The notes: generated by a model not told the origin, from the letters alone. Shown: positions 9,804 to 18,306, numbered from the stretch's first letter. The stretch is 64,000 bases of DNA from Ruminococcus sp. (GCA_045659945.1 JAZRCW010000010.1:60884-124883), one strand, 5' to 3'. A program made the numbers and translations.

Positions 9804-10070
9804 GTGGAAATGGATTTGGAAATTACAGAGAAGTTTATATGTCCCTGCTGCGGAAATCGTACTCTCGGTGAGGAGGGCAGCTATGACATATGCCCCGTTT
9901 GTTTCTGGGAGGATGATAAGGCTATGTATCGTGACCACGATTTAGCAGACGGTGCAAATAAGGTATCTCTCAATGAAGCAAGAGAAAATTATAAAAATTT
10001 TGGTGCTTGCATGGAAGAATTTCTTCCCTTTGTACGTGAGCCTTATGCCGAGGAAATTGTTTCTGAATAA
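9804..10070 (+). CDS. Cysteine-rich CPCC-domain protein
   Basis: CPCCGNRTL...YDICPVCFWEDD motif. The start may be the GTG at 9804 or the ATG at 9810. Confidence 0.7.
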   Translation: MEMDLEITEKFICPCCGNRTLGEEGSYDICPVCFWEDDKAMYRDHDLADGANKVSLNEARENYKNFGACMEEFLPFVREPYAEEIVSE

Positions 10071-10073
10071 ATG

Positions 10074-10100
10074 CAGGCGTATGCGTAAAGCATACGCCTG
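10074..10100. terminator. Bidirectional terminator hairpin between the CPCC gene (+) and feoA-like gene (-)
   Basis: 11-bp stem caggcgtatgc / gcatacgcctg with a 5-nt loop, followed by ttgttt. Confidence 0.7.
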
Positions 10101-10110
10101 TTGTTTATAT

Positions 10111-10341
10111 TCAAGTGACTACGCTTATTGCCGCCGCATCATCTTTACGCAGGGCAATTACTGTGCCTTTCACATAATAAGCCGCAGGGTCGCCTGAAAA
10201 GCTTTTACAACGGCATACAACAGGTGTACCTGCCGTAAAGCCAAGCTCTTTCAGCCTTTCAGATATATCCGAGGGCTTTACAGCCGATATAATACAGCGT
10301 TCGCCCTCTTTTAAATCGCTGAGATTTTTTTCGGATTTCAT
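10111..10341 (-). CDS. feoA: FeoA-domain (SH3-like) protein, orphan (no feoB nearby)
   Basis: LSDLKEGERCIISAV...LKELGFTAGTPVVCRCKS...GDPAAYYVKGTVIALRKDDAAAI matches the FeoA fold pattern. The ATG at 10341 is preceded by a GGAGG RBS. Confidence 0.7.
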   Translation of the reverse strand: MKSEKNLSDLKEGERCIISAVKPSDISERLKELGFTAGTPVVCRCKSFSGDPAAYYVKGTVIALRKDDAAAISVVT

Positions 10342-10382
10342 AATATCCTCCGTATAATATACTGCGGTTATACCGCTATACA

Positions 10383-11306
10383 TTATATTCCTGCAATGGC
10401 TATATTGTCATATACGCTTATTTCCGTGAAAACTCCGTTTCTGCCCCCTTTCACCTTTACTGCGTTTATCCTCCTTTTTCCCAGTTCATCAAGCACCGCA
10501 ATGTCGTTTAAATCCTGCCCCTGAAATCCCACGAACGTGAAGAAATGCCGCTTATACCCCCTCTCCGACATCATCATTTTGTATTGACAAGCCATGTCGG
10601 GATTGTTCAGAAATCTTCTGTCAAGCTCAAAATGGCGGTGACGGATAATATTTCTTGCCTCCGCTTCCGCCGACACTGCAGAAAAAGCTCCGTATTCTCC
10701 CGAAATATCAGCCATACTGTAACTGCTGACCATTCTCCTTGTCATGATTTCTGTGCCATAAGCATACATATTTTCCTTATCGCAGATTATTTCTCTCGTT
10801 TCATTCGGCATACTCATCATAACGGTATTGCTTTCAGCTACATATGGATATACCCCTGCAACTTTATATGAAAGATTAGCTATGCCGTCCCATATTGAAG
10901 CCCCTTTGTTGACATAGATATAACTGCTCTGCATATTGCTTTCGTGCTCAATATACGGGAATGAAATATAATCGTCAAACAGCTTGTCCAGAGTCATATC
11001 GGTGTACATTCCAGGGGGCAGCTGATTTTCCGTAAGCAGTGCTGTAAAGCCTCTTGAAGTCAGCACTCCCTGATTTATGCCGTTTCGCCTTGTTACCCTG
11101 TAGCTGTCAACAAAGCCGTGATGTATATGATAACCGTCAATATTAAACTTGACTTCGGTTATATCATCGGGCAGATTATCGCCGTATACCACGGCTTTCA
11201 GCAATGTATAAGGCGTATACGCTTCTTTTTCAAACGCAAATGACACACAGTTCTGCAAACTGCCCTCTGTGCCGTCTTTTGTTTTGTAATCAAGCCAGTA
11301 AATCAT
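10383..11306 (-). CDS. Phage structural protein, possibly gpD/XkdQ-like baseplate hub
   Basis: 307 aa with an ATGA overlap to the upstream ORF. Overall pattern (N-terminal beta domain, GFVDSY...LTSRGFTALL, C-terminal INAVKVKGGRNGVFTEISVY) resembles the late-control-D/XkdQ family. The assignment is tentative. Confidence 0.5.
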   Translation of the reverse strand: MIYWLDYKTKDGTEGSLQNCVSFAFEKEAYTPYTLLKAVVYGDNLPDDITEVKFNIDGYHIHHGFVDSYRVTRRNGINQGVLTSRGFTALLTENQLPPGMYTDMTLDKLFDDYISFPYIEHESNMQSSYIYVNKGASIWDGIANLSYKVAGVYPYVAESNTVMMSMPNETREIICDKENMYAYGTEIMTRRMVSSYSMADISGEYGAFSAVSAEAEARNIIRHRHFELDRRFLNNPDMACQYKMMMSERGYKRHFFTFVGFQGQDLNDIAVLDELGKRRINAVKVKGGRNGVFTEISVYDNIAIAGI

Positions 11307-11689
11307 TCTGTCACCCCGTCAAGAAAATATGCAATTGACCTTGTTGAAGCTTCCACCGTAAGCTCAATATAATCCTCTCCGCCGTCAACGGCTTTTACAC
11401 CTGTTATTATACATCTGATAAAACGCAAATCCTTGTATATGATTTCAACGCCTTCATTTCCGTTGAGGTTATTGGCAAAACCTGCATAAAACAGGGGTTT
11501 CTCCTTGTTGTACACCCTGCCTGTAAAAGACAGCCTTGTCACTTTTTTACATTTGTTTGTCACCACGGACGAGCCTGTAATCGTGGGATTTACAGTGACC
11601 GCCGTATCTGCCGATAACGTCATTTTTTCGCAGTACAGCGTCATTGTTCCTATTTTCACAGGGAAAGCTTTTTTGCCGCTTATCTCCAT
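11303..11689 (-). CDS. Phage-module hypothetical protein (128 aa)
   Basis: Start is directly adjacent to the upstream stop (11690/11689). No recognisable motif. Confidence 0.5.
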   Translation of the reverse strand: MEISGKKAFPVKIGTMTLYCEKMTLSADTAVTVNPTITGSSVVTNKCKKVTRLSFTGRVYNKEKPLFYAGFANNLNGNEGVEIIYKDLRFIRCIITGVKAVDGGEDYIELTVEASTRSIAYFLDGVTE

Positions 11690-12097
11690 TTACACCACCT
11701 CTTGCTGTTCGATAGTTTTCATGCAGCTTATCTTCATAACCGCTGTAAGAGTAAGCCTGTTCAGCTTACTGTCGGGACTTACCTTGACACTTTTCAAACG
11801 GCTGCAAATTCCGCACATACTGTCAATCACAGCTTCAAGATTATAGCGGTAGTAGCCGTAAAGCTGCTCCTGCGTTGTATTCATGGGGGCATATACTGTG
11901 AATGTCACATCACACTTAACAGGCATATATATCTTTTCTGCCGTGCGTATGGGATTAAGTGCTTCGTACTCCCCTGCTCCCACAACAACAAAATAATTCC
12001 CTTTGTCACGCACAGGCACAGCGTCATAGGCGGCACACACGTTTACAACGCCCTTATCCTCCAGTGCTTTTCTTATCTGCGAAAGTATCTCAACCAT
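11690..12097 (-). CDS. Phage head-tail joining/neck-like protein (135 aa)
   Basis: Position after a connector-like gene. Size and pattern are similar to DUF3168-type neck proteins. Tentative. Confidence 0.45.
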   Translation of the reverse strand: MVEILSQIRKALEDKGVVNVCAAYDAVPVRDKGNYFVVVGAGEYEALNPIRTAEKIYMPVKCDVTFTVYAPMNTTQEQLYGYYRYNLEAVIDSMCGICSRLKSVKVSPDSKLNRLTLTAVMKISCMKTIEQQEVV

Positions 12098-12109
12098 AAT
12101 GACACTCCT

Positions 12110-12460
12110 TTACACAGCTCCGATGAATACAAAATCGGAGCCTTTTATTATATCGCCGCAAAGTCGGAAATAACCCTTTAAAAGTCCCTCTGCAAATGAA
12201 AGTATTTTTCCGTCACTGTCGTTGAGCACCTTTCCGCCGTATGTAAATTCGGAACGCTCCTGTGCTGACAATGCCTGATAATAGCGGAAATTTGCAATTG
12301 CTGCACAGAGAAAATCAAGTCTTGGATCGTCCTTGTCGGCAGTTTCAAGAAGCATTCCCTCAATCTCAATTACTGCCGCTTCAATTATAGACTCGTGTTC
12401 CTCGCTGCAGGTATCTCCCGAAAAAAGCTTGAAAAGCGATTTTATTTTAGCTGTATTCAT
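12110..12460 (-). CDS. Phage head-tail connector-like protein (gp6-like)
   Basis: About 116 aa helical protein immediately after the protease gene. The ATG at 12460 has a GGAG RBS at 9-nt spacing. Confidence 0.5.
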   Translation of the reverse strand: MNTAKIKSLFKLFSGDTCSEEHESIIEAAVIEIEGMLLETADKDDPRLDFLCAAIANFRYYQALSAQERSEFTYGGKVLNDSDGKILSFAEGLLKGYFRLCGDIIKGSDFVFIGAV

Positions 12461-12472
12461 AAAATTCATCTC

Positions 12473-13297
12473 CTATATTCTGAAACGTGACATATCCTCT
12501 TTATTAATATCTCCCGAAAGCTGAATTTCTGTCTCTCTTTGCCTTGATATCGCTTCGTACCCCTTTTTGATAGCTTCAAGCTCCGTGATACTCTTTCCCT
12601 TTACGGTTTCTTCGGCTTTTTCAGCCGCCTTGACTCCGCCGCTGAAAAATGCAAGCTGTCTTATCTCACGGCAAAGCTTTTCTGTATCTGGAACATCTGA
12701 ATATACAGGAATTTTTTCATCGGCATTGTCGCTGTATTTCTTTGTAACTCCTGCATTTACCTGTGCAGGGACTGCCACAAAGCTCCATTCATAAGCGTCA
12801 GATATGCCGTCAAGAATTGTATGGCAGATACGTCCGCCGTAGCTTTTGCCGCTGATATGACCGCAGCTGCCCTGCGATTTATCCCTGCCGCATACGGAGC
12901 ATACTCTCTTTGCCGCAGAGCAGGAAATGCTGACTTCCTTTTTAATGCCGCCGTCAATTTCGGCTATGAGGTTTTTGTTATCATCGGTACGCACCATATA
13001 TGCGGAGGCTTTCAGATATTTGTAAGGCTCCCCGTTTTTCGTTGTGCGGCTTTCGTCGATTATAAGCTCTGTGTCGAATATTCTCGCCGTCTGGTTGGAT
13101 GTGCTGGGTTTGTGGTCTAATATCCCTGTCTTGCCTATGAACATATCTTTCAGCGTTTCAAGTGCCTTATCAGAAAAGCGTTCACAGTCACGGTCTATCT
13201 CGTTATCGCAGAGGATAACGGAAAATGTGTAGACCTCCGCTTCCGTCAACTCCCTGCGTGTGAATTTATTGATTTTTTCAAGAGTGTTTTTATCCAT
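12473..13297 (-). CDS. Prohead serine protease (S78/HK97-like) with Cys-rich insertion and scaffold-like C-terminal tail
   Basis: GKTGILDHKP (His) and KKEVSISCS (Ser) are spaced like S78 proteases, with ...EWSFVAVPAQVNAGV at the domain end. CSVCGRDKSQGSCGH insertion. Charged helical C-terminus. Confidence 0.65.
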   Translation of the reverse strand: MDKNTLEKINKFTRRELTEAEVYTFSVILCDNEIDRDCERFSDKALETLKDMFIGKTGILDHKPSTSNQTARIFDTELIIDESRTTKNGEPYKYLKASAYMVRTDDNKNLIAEIDGGIKKEVSISCSAAKRVCSVCGRDKSQGSCGHISGKSYGGRICHTILDGISDAYEWSFVAVPAQVNAGVTKKYSDNADEKIPVYSDVPDTEKLCREIRQLAFFSGGVKAAEKAEETVKGKSITELEAIKKGYEAISRQRETEIQLSGDINKEDMSRFRI

Positions 13298-13346
13298 GTT
13301 TTTTCCTTTCTTAAAGTTTGAGATTGTCGAAAAAGTCAAAATAAAT

Positions 13347-13553
13347 CAAATTAAAGGGACGCTCTCTCTTGCAGAGCGTCCCCTCTTTCAAAACAGTCCA
13401 CTGGACTGTTTTGAAATTCACCCCTTGCAGAGCGCTTGAATGCATCGCAGAGCTTTGCTCTGCGATGGGACTCTGTCCCATACCCTGGCAGAGGCTCTGC
13501 CTCTGGACTCCGCCAAAGGACAGTGTCCTTTGGAAACCCCGTTTTTGAAAACG
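13347..13553. repeat. Array of at least six consecutive short perfect hairpins (REP/BIME-like cluster)
   Basis: Stems: gggacgctct/agagcgtccc, caaaacagtcca/tggactgttttg, catcgcagagc/gctctgcgatg, gggac/gtccc, cagaggc/gcctctg, ccaaaggac/gtcctttgg, cgtttt/aaaacg. Confidence 0.9.
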
Positions 13554-13631
13554 ATAGTTTTTCGACAGACTGTAGCTAATTGCTAACGACTAAAAGCTTA
13601 TAAATAATTACGCATTATTATCGCCTTTCTG

Positions 13632-14588
13632 TCACGCAATTACAATTTTCTTTACCGCTTCGGGCATTATCTTTCTGAATCCGCAGGTGATTGATACGGT
13701 TATGCTGTCTAGCTGTCTGTCGATAAGCTTGTCCGTTTCCATTACAAGTCCCGAGCTTGTGATAAATTCAAGGGCAAAGTTCTTGTCAATGCCAAGAATT
13801 GTATTCTGCTCCATTGCCGAAGTTTTTACAAGTTCAGAGCCGAATGGGAGCATCATTTTTCCGTCGGCTGATACCTTTGTATCGGAAAGCTGTTCCATTG
13901 CCGCTATCTTTGAAGCGTCCGCTGGGTTTGCTATAACCGTTGTCATATCGAAGCAGTCAAAGCTGCCGTAAAGCTCCGCAAGGGAAGCATAGTTGAGTGA
14001 AGCCGCAGAAATTTCAGCCGCCGACTCCGCAAGAACTGACATAGCCTTTTTAACCACCGATATCGCAAGCTTAACGCCGATACCACGGAGCATTACACCG
14101 AATACATCAAGTCGCTGCTTTCTCACAGCCTCATATGAAGCGTTGATGAGTCTGCCGTATTTTTCAAGTACTACCGCTGTATCGCCCTCTGTAACAACAG
14201 ATTCGGGCAGCTTTACCGTCTGTGCCGTAGGGGAATATTCAGCCGTATCGTCAAGGACACAGCCTAAATACTGACCGCTTTCGCATACCGTCTTTACCGC
14301 TGTTACCGATGAAAGCACAGTGCCGTCAAAGCCCTTTGCAATACATCTCTTGACGTATTCAGGGAAGAGTACTGCCGTTTCTCCCGATGTGAAAAACTTC
14401 TCCACACAGTCGCATTCCGTGCCGCTTACTCTGATGTTAAAGCGTTTCAGCTGTCTTTCAAATGCGTCGAGAGATTCAAGCTCCGTACCGATATATGCAG
14501 CGGAGGGGTCAAGCTCCTCTAAAGCCGCTGTAAAGCTCTTGCCGCTGAAATTGTACATACCCTTTTCAAGTCTTACATCATTATACAT
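13632..14588 (-). CDS. Phage major capsid protein (HK97 fold)
   Basis: About 318 aa. Pattern typical of HK97-family capsids, including the C-terminal ...GIDKNFALEFITSSGLVMETDKLIDRQLDSITVSITCGF. The ATG at 14588 is 8 nt after GGAGG. Confidence 0.7.
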   Translation of the reverse strand: MYNDVRLEKGMYNFSGKSFTAALEELDPSAAYIGTELESLDAFERQLKRFNIRVSGTECDCVEKFFTSGETAVLFPEYVKRCIAKGFDGTVLSSVTAVKTVCESGQYLGCVLDDTAEYSPTAQTVKLPESVVTEGDTAVVLEKYGRLINASYEAVRKQRLDVFGVMLRGIGVKLAISVVKKAMSVLAESAAEISAASLNYASLAELYGSFDCFDMTTVIANPADASKIAAMEQLSDTKVSADGKMMLPFGSELVKTSAMEQNTILGIDKNFALEFITSSGLVMETDKLIDRQLDSITVSITCGFRKIMPEAVKKIVIA

Positions 14589-14605
14589 ATAAATTTCCTC
14601 CACAA

Positions 14606-15733
14606 TCAATTATTGTTTAATCTCATTTCAATTTCCGCCGCCCTTGCGTTGTTTAACCTTGTTTCCGCAAGGACGGATTCATCCTGTAAATTTATATTGT
14701 CCCATTCAACGGAACATTTTCCGCTGTAACCCCGTGATTTCAGATAAGCGTTGCCTATGTCGCATAAAACCGGGGTAAGCAGGCGGCGGTAATATTCCAG
14801 TTCAGAGGTGAGAATATCCGCCTGCTGTGACGACATACGCTCCGTTGAGCTCCACGTAAGTCCCAGAAGGAAGGGCGGTATTGACAGCTTTGCAACTATC
14901 TGCTCCAACAGCTGTCGGACGGGGATTTCTGTGTCAATTAGCTGATTTTCAGCACCGATAACCTTTATATCCACATCGCCCACAGCGATAAAATCCTTTA
15001 CCTGCCCGTATTTTGCGGAGTTCATACCGTCCGCCCACTCCCTTGCTATCTGCATTGCACGTTCTCTTGAGTGAATAAACTCCCCCGAGCCCTCTGTGGG
15101 TTTATATGTAACCGCATAGCGGACATTGCCCACACGGTCGTAATTCTGCCCGATACACTGATATATCCGCAGGAGTATACTGCTCATTGCAGGTAGCCCT
15201 CTCAAAAGAGAGTTGCCGCCTGTTAATGCGGCGTATACTATACGCTCGGGATGTTTTACTGCCTTAACACTGTTGTCGGCACATCTTACGGCATACCGCC
15301 TGTCAAATGGTGTCACGCCCTGACTTACCACAATTCTTGTGCTGTCGCCGTTCCACAAGCCTGCTATCTCTCTTTCTCTCTCGTTGAGGACGATTTCACC
15401 TACTGCATTGCCATAGGTGAGCAGGCTGTCTAAAAAGGTATCGGCAAAGCAATTCAACGATTTTCCATGAAGTCCTACGGGGACAGTTTCGCAGAAGCTG
15501 TCAAGCTCCTCCTGATACCTCTTTTCGGAGCTGATAAGTCTGAAGCCCCCTGTAAGTCGGACGATTTTCATTATTGCCGCATCAATGACGGGTACGGCAT
15601 ATCTCAATCTGTCGAACAGCTCTTTTTCAAAGGGTGAAGCATTGTTTGGCAGGGTGAAAATCGAGTCATTTTCCCTTGCCGCCTGATATAATTCGGGAGC
15701 TGCTCTTGGTGTTTTTTTCTTGAATAGTTTCAT
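14606..15733 (-). CDS. Phage portal protein
   Basis: 375 aa. SIPPFLLGLTWSSTERMS... and overall portal-family pattern. Lies between terL and the capsid gene. AGGAGG RBS. Confidence 0.8.
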   Translation of the reverse strand: MKLFKKKTPRAAPELYQAARENDSIFTLPNNASPFEKELFDRLRYAVPVIDAAIMKIVRLTGGFRLISSEKRYQEELDSFCETVPVGLHGKSLNCFADTFLDSLLTYGNAVGEIVLNEREREIAGLWNGDSTRIVVSQGVTPFDRRYAVRCADNSVKAVKHPERIVYAALTGGNSLLRGLPAMSSILLRIYQCIGQNYDRVGNVRYAVTYKPTEGSGEFIHSRERAMQIAREWADGMNSAKYGQVKDFIAVGDVDIKVIGAENQLIDTEIPVRQLLEQIVAKLSIPPFLLGLTWSSTERMSSQQADILTSELEYYRRLLTPVLCDIGNAYLKSRGYSGKCSVEWDNINLQDESVLAETRLNNARAAEIEMRLNNN

Positions 15734-15745
15734 TTTTCCTCCTTT

Positions 15746-16987
15746 TCATCGTGTAACAGACATTGCAAAGAAACTGTCTGTATTCTCTTTCATCACCTCC
15801 GATACAAAATATCGCATATCGTCCATTGCGTGGTCGTTTTCCTTAATGGGAGCGTCCGCACCTGCTTTGGCTGACCAGCGGTACAGGGAAAATTCACGTA
15901 TTATATCCGTGCAGGATTCGTGGAATTTCAGCCTGCCCTCTTTAAGTGCCGCCGCTACCCTGCGTATACCTGCAATTACATCGTTATCTGCCCTTACTAC
16001 GTGAAATTTTCCGTGTCGTCTGATACATTCAATAAAGCTTGCCGCAGAGGGATCTATAATCACTTTTTCAATTTTATACCCCTTTGCAAGCTTTTTCAGA
16101 GCCTTGTAATGCTCCTCATCTGTACGTGACTGCCCCTCCTTACGTGAATCGTAGTAGTACTCCCGTATTCGGTACCATATGCCGTGCTGATATCCCCATA
16201 AGCCGAATGAAGATGGATTGACCGTACCGTAATCGCAGGATATTATGTATCTTTCACATTCGGGTATGATTGAAATGATGTGTTTTTCCTGCGAGAACAT
16301 GGGGTATACAGTTCCCTCGGATACCGTCCATTTTCCCAGTACATAGCGGTCGTAGAATGCCCCTGAATACAGTCTTTTATAGCGGTCTTTTAACTTCTCC
16401 GACAACGACGGGTTATCGTCCATTGTGAAATGGATATACAATGCATTTTTGCTTTCCGTCTTTCTGATCCATTCATTGTAGAACCAGTGGGAGGGATTGT
16501 CGGGATTGCAGTTGAACCACATTTTTGAGCCGTTCACGGAGCATCGTGCCAACGCCTGTTCCACAAAGGAACGGGGCATAAGTGCCACTTCATCGAGAAA
16601 TACTCCCGAAAGAGTTATACCTTGTATGAGTGCCGCAGAGCTTTCGTCACGTCCGCCGAAGTAATAGAAACGATTTTTTCTGCCGCCAAAACTGATATCA
16701 ACGTAACTGCGGCTTACTTTTTCCTCGCAGACCATGCCTATATCACGGAGCATAGGCAATAACGGAGTTATGACATTTCTACGCAGAGAAGTCACGGTCT
16801 TACCGCAAACCGCAAAAGCTCCTCCGCTGAAACTGTTCATCGCCCACATTGCAAAGCCTAGCGACATTGACATTGTCTTTCCGCTTCGCACTGCACCGTC
16901 GCAGATTATTGCATCATACTGCGAATACCTCTTATCAAGCCACCAGTTCATTGTAAGCCGCTGTTTCGGGGAAATTTCAGTTATCAT
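15746..16987 (-). CDS. terL: Terminase large subunit (PBSX-type)
   Basis: Walker A CDGAVRSGKT, Walker B-like GVFLDE, C-terminal nuclease region with DPSAASF...HAMDDMRY. The ATG at 16987 follows GGGGAGG and overlaps the terS end. Confidence 0.9.
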   Translation of the reverse strand: MITEISPKQRLTMNWWLDKRYSQYDAIICDGAVRSGKTMSMSLGFAMWAMNSFSGGAFAVCGKTVTSLRRNVITPLLPMLRDIGMVCEEKVSRSYVDISFGGRKNRFYYFGGRDESSAALIQGITLSGVFLDEVALMPRSFVEQALARCSVNGSKMWFNCNPDNPSHWFYNEWIRKTESKNALYIHFTMDDNPSLSEKLKDRYKRLYSGAFYDRYVLGKWTVSEGTVYPMFSQEKHIISIIPECERYIISCDYGTVNPSSFGLWGYQHGIWYRIREYYYDSRKEGQSRTDEEHYKALKKLAKGYKIEKVIIDPSAASFIECIRRHGKFHVVRADNDVIAGIRRVAAALKEGRLKFHESCTDIIREFSLYRWSAKAGADAPIKENDHAMDDMRYFVSEVMKENTDSFFAMSVTR

Positions 16988-17351
16988 TATTACCTCCCCT
17001 TTCTGCTGACGCTGACAGTGCCTCAATCAGACCTGCCGCTGAATTTTTGTTTTCCTGTTTTGTTTCAAGCTCGTAAAGCTTTTCAAGTGCCTTTAAACGG
17101 TCGAAAAATTTGATTTCCACACCGCCGCCCTTTACACGTTTAATCTCGGACACGTTGAATAAGTCCATTTCTTCGATAACATTAGGCGGCGGAAGCTCCT
17201 CTGCAAAGGCAAGTGCAACAGCGTCACCGCATCCGCCGAATGCAAGTCGTCTTAATCCTGATTTCACGGCGGATTCTTCGGGATTATCCGTCATTAAACA
17301 CTGACAGCAGAAATCGTACTTCCTTTTATTATTTTTTTCAGCCATTGGCAT
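16977..17351 (-). CDS. terS: Terminase small subunit (short form)
   Basis: C-terminal ...IKRVKGGGVEIKFFDRLKALEKLYEL matches the Terminase_2-type oligomerisation core. Lies immediately upstream of terL. Confidence 0.65.
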   Translation of the reverse strand: MPMAEKNNKRKYDFCCQCLMTDNPEESAVKSGLRRLAFGGCGDAVALAFAEELPPPNVIEEMDLFNVSEIKRVKGGGVEIKFFDRLKALEKLYELETKQENKNSAAGLIEALSASAERGGNNDN

Positions 17352-17511
17352 AACACCTCCTCTCACTAAAGGGCAAAAACGGGGCTTTTTTCAACCAAAA
17401 ATGGTTGAATATTGAAAAATAATTTTTATTTTCTGCGTTTTCACTAATTATCAACAGCATTTAATATTTATAAACCACAAAAAGATTGATATATTTTTAA
17501 CGAGATGTAAT

Positions 17512-17540
17512 AAAAAAAGGACGGGAAAACCCGTCCTTTT
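17512..17540 (-). terminator. Intrinsic terminator after the 248-aa membrane protein gene
   Basis: Minus strand reads GGACGGG-tttt-CCCGTCC followed by a run of seven T. Confidence 0.8.
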
Positions 17541-17547
17541 AATTTTA

Positions 17548-18294
17548 CTAAAAATCTATTTTTTTACCTTTAGCCTTTAATTTTTCATACTCTGCAAGAG
17601 CTTCTGCTTCTTCCTTTGCAAGTTCTGCTTTCACTCTTTCCGTATCATCCTGCGTGAATACTTCTTCAACCTCGTTAAAAAGGGTACTGCCGCTGAATAC
17701 AGCCTCGGTTGCCCTATCACCGTAACAGTCAATTTCAATCTGCTCACGGTCACGGAAGAATTTCATTGCTCCAAAAAGAAGCGAAAATCCAACTGCATTT
17801 GTAATGATACTGAAATATATTCGTATACCCAGTATATTGCCAAGCATACCTGCAACTATAAGCGTAAAGCAGGCACCTATGGCAACTTCCCATTTTACAT
17901 TGTCGGGATCAAGCTGTAAAAACGCAAATGCCGCAAGTCCCGATACAACGGCATGAGCCATTGCAAGGGGAAGTGAATACGGCTCATAGGCTTCAATTCT
18001 GTAAGAATTAAGCTCCAGAATCATCATCACGACTTCAAGGAAAATATATATCGTAAAACTTACTTTAAGAAGCCGCCTTAAACGTATGCTCTTTATAAGA
18101 AGCCAGTCTGAATAAAGCAGAAGTCCGAACCCTGCAAATTCTACGCAATAAGCAATGGTTTCAATCAGTCTTGAGCCAAAGCTTTCAGGTTTATATGTGT
18201 AATAGTACAACAGACATATCAGACCAAAGGCAACAAAAAGCAGATTACCTATAAGTCCGAAAAATATGCCTTTAGTCAGTTTTTCCTGCTGCAT
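17548..18294 (-). CDS. Multi-pass membrane protein with acidic coiled-coil C-terminus
   Basis: About six hydrophobic helices, then ...ERVKAELAKEEAEALAEYEKLKAKGKK. No known motif. Confidence 0.65.
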   Translation of the reverse strand: MQQEKLTKGIFFGLIGNLLFVAFGLICLLYYYTYKPESFGSRLIETIAYCVEFAGFGLLLYSDWLLIKSIRLRRLLKVSFTIYIFLEVVMMILELNSYRIEAYEPYSLPLAMAHAVVSGLAAFAFLQLDPDNVKWEVAIGACFTLIVAGMLGNILGIRIYFSIITNAVGFSLLFGAMKFFRDREQIEIDCYGDRATEAVFSGSTLFNEVEEVFTQDDTERVKAELAKEEAEALAEYEKLKAKGKKIDF

Positions 18295-18306
18295 ACGCCC
18301 TCCGTT

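Larger units (their letters stand above)
10383..17366 (-). mobile_element. Phage-derived head/packaging module (defective prophage, satellite or domesticated element)
   Basis: Contiguous TerS, TerL, portal, capsid, protease, connector-like and hub-like ORFs with coupled junctions. No integrase, lysis, tube or tape-measure genes in or beside it. Confidence 0.75.

Noticed and set aside
13347-13553. Possible CRISPR array
   Set aside because: The palindromes all differ from one another. There is no constant repeat alternating with unique spacers, and no cas genes are present.
10383-17366. Complete inducible prophage
   Set aside because: No integrase, repressor/antirepressor, replication, tail tube/sheath, tape-measure, holin or endolysin genes, and no att-like direct repeats, were seen in or next to the module. 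It is therefore called a head/packaging module only.
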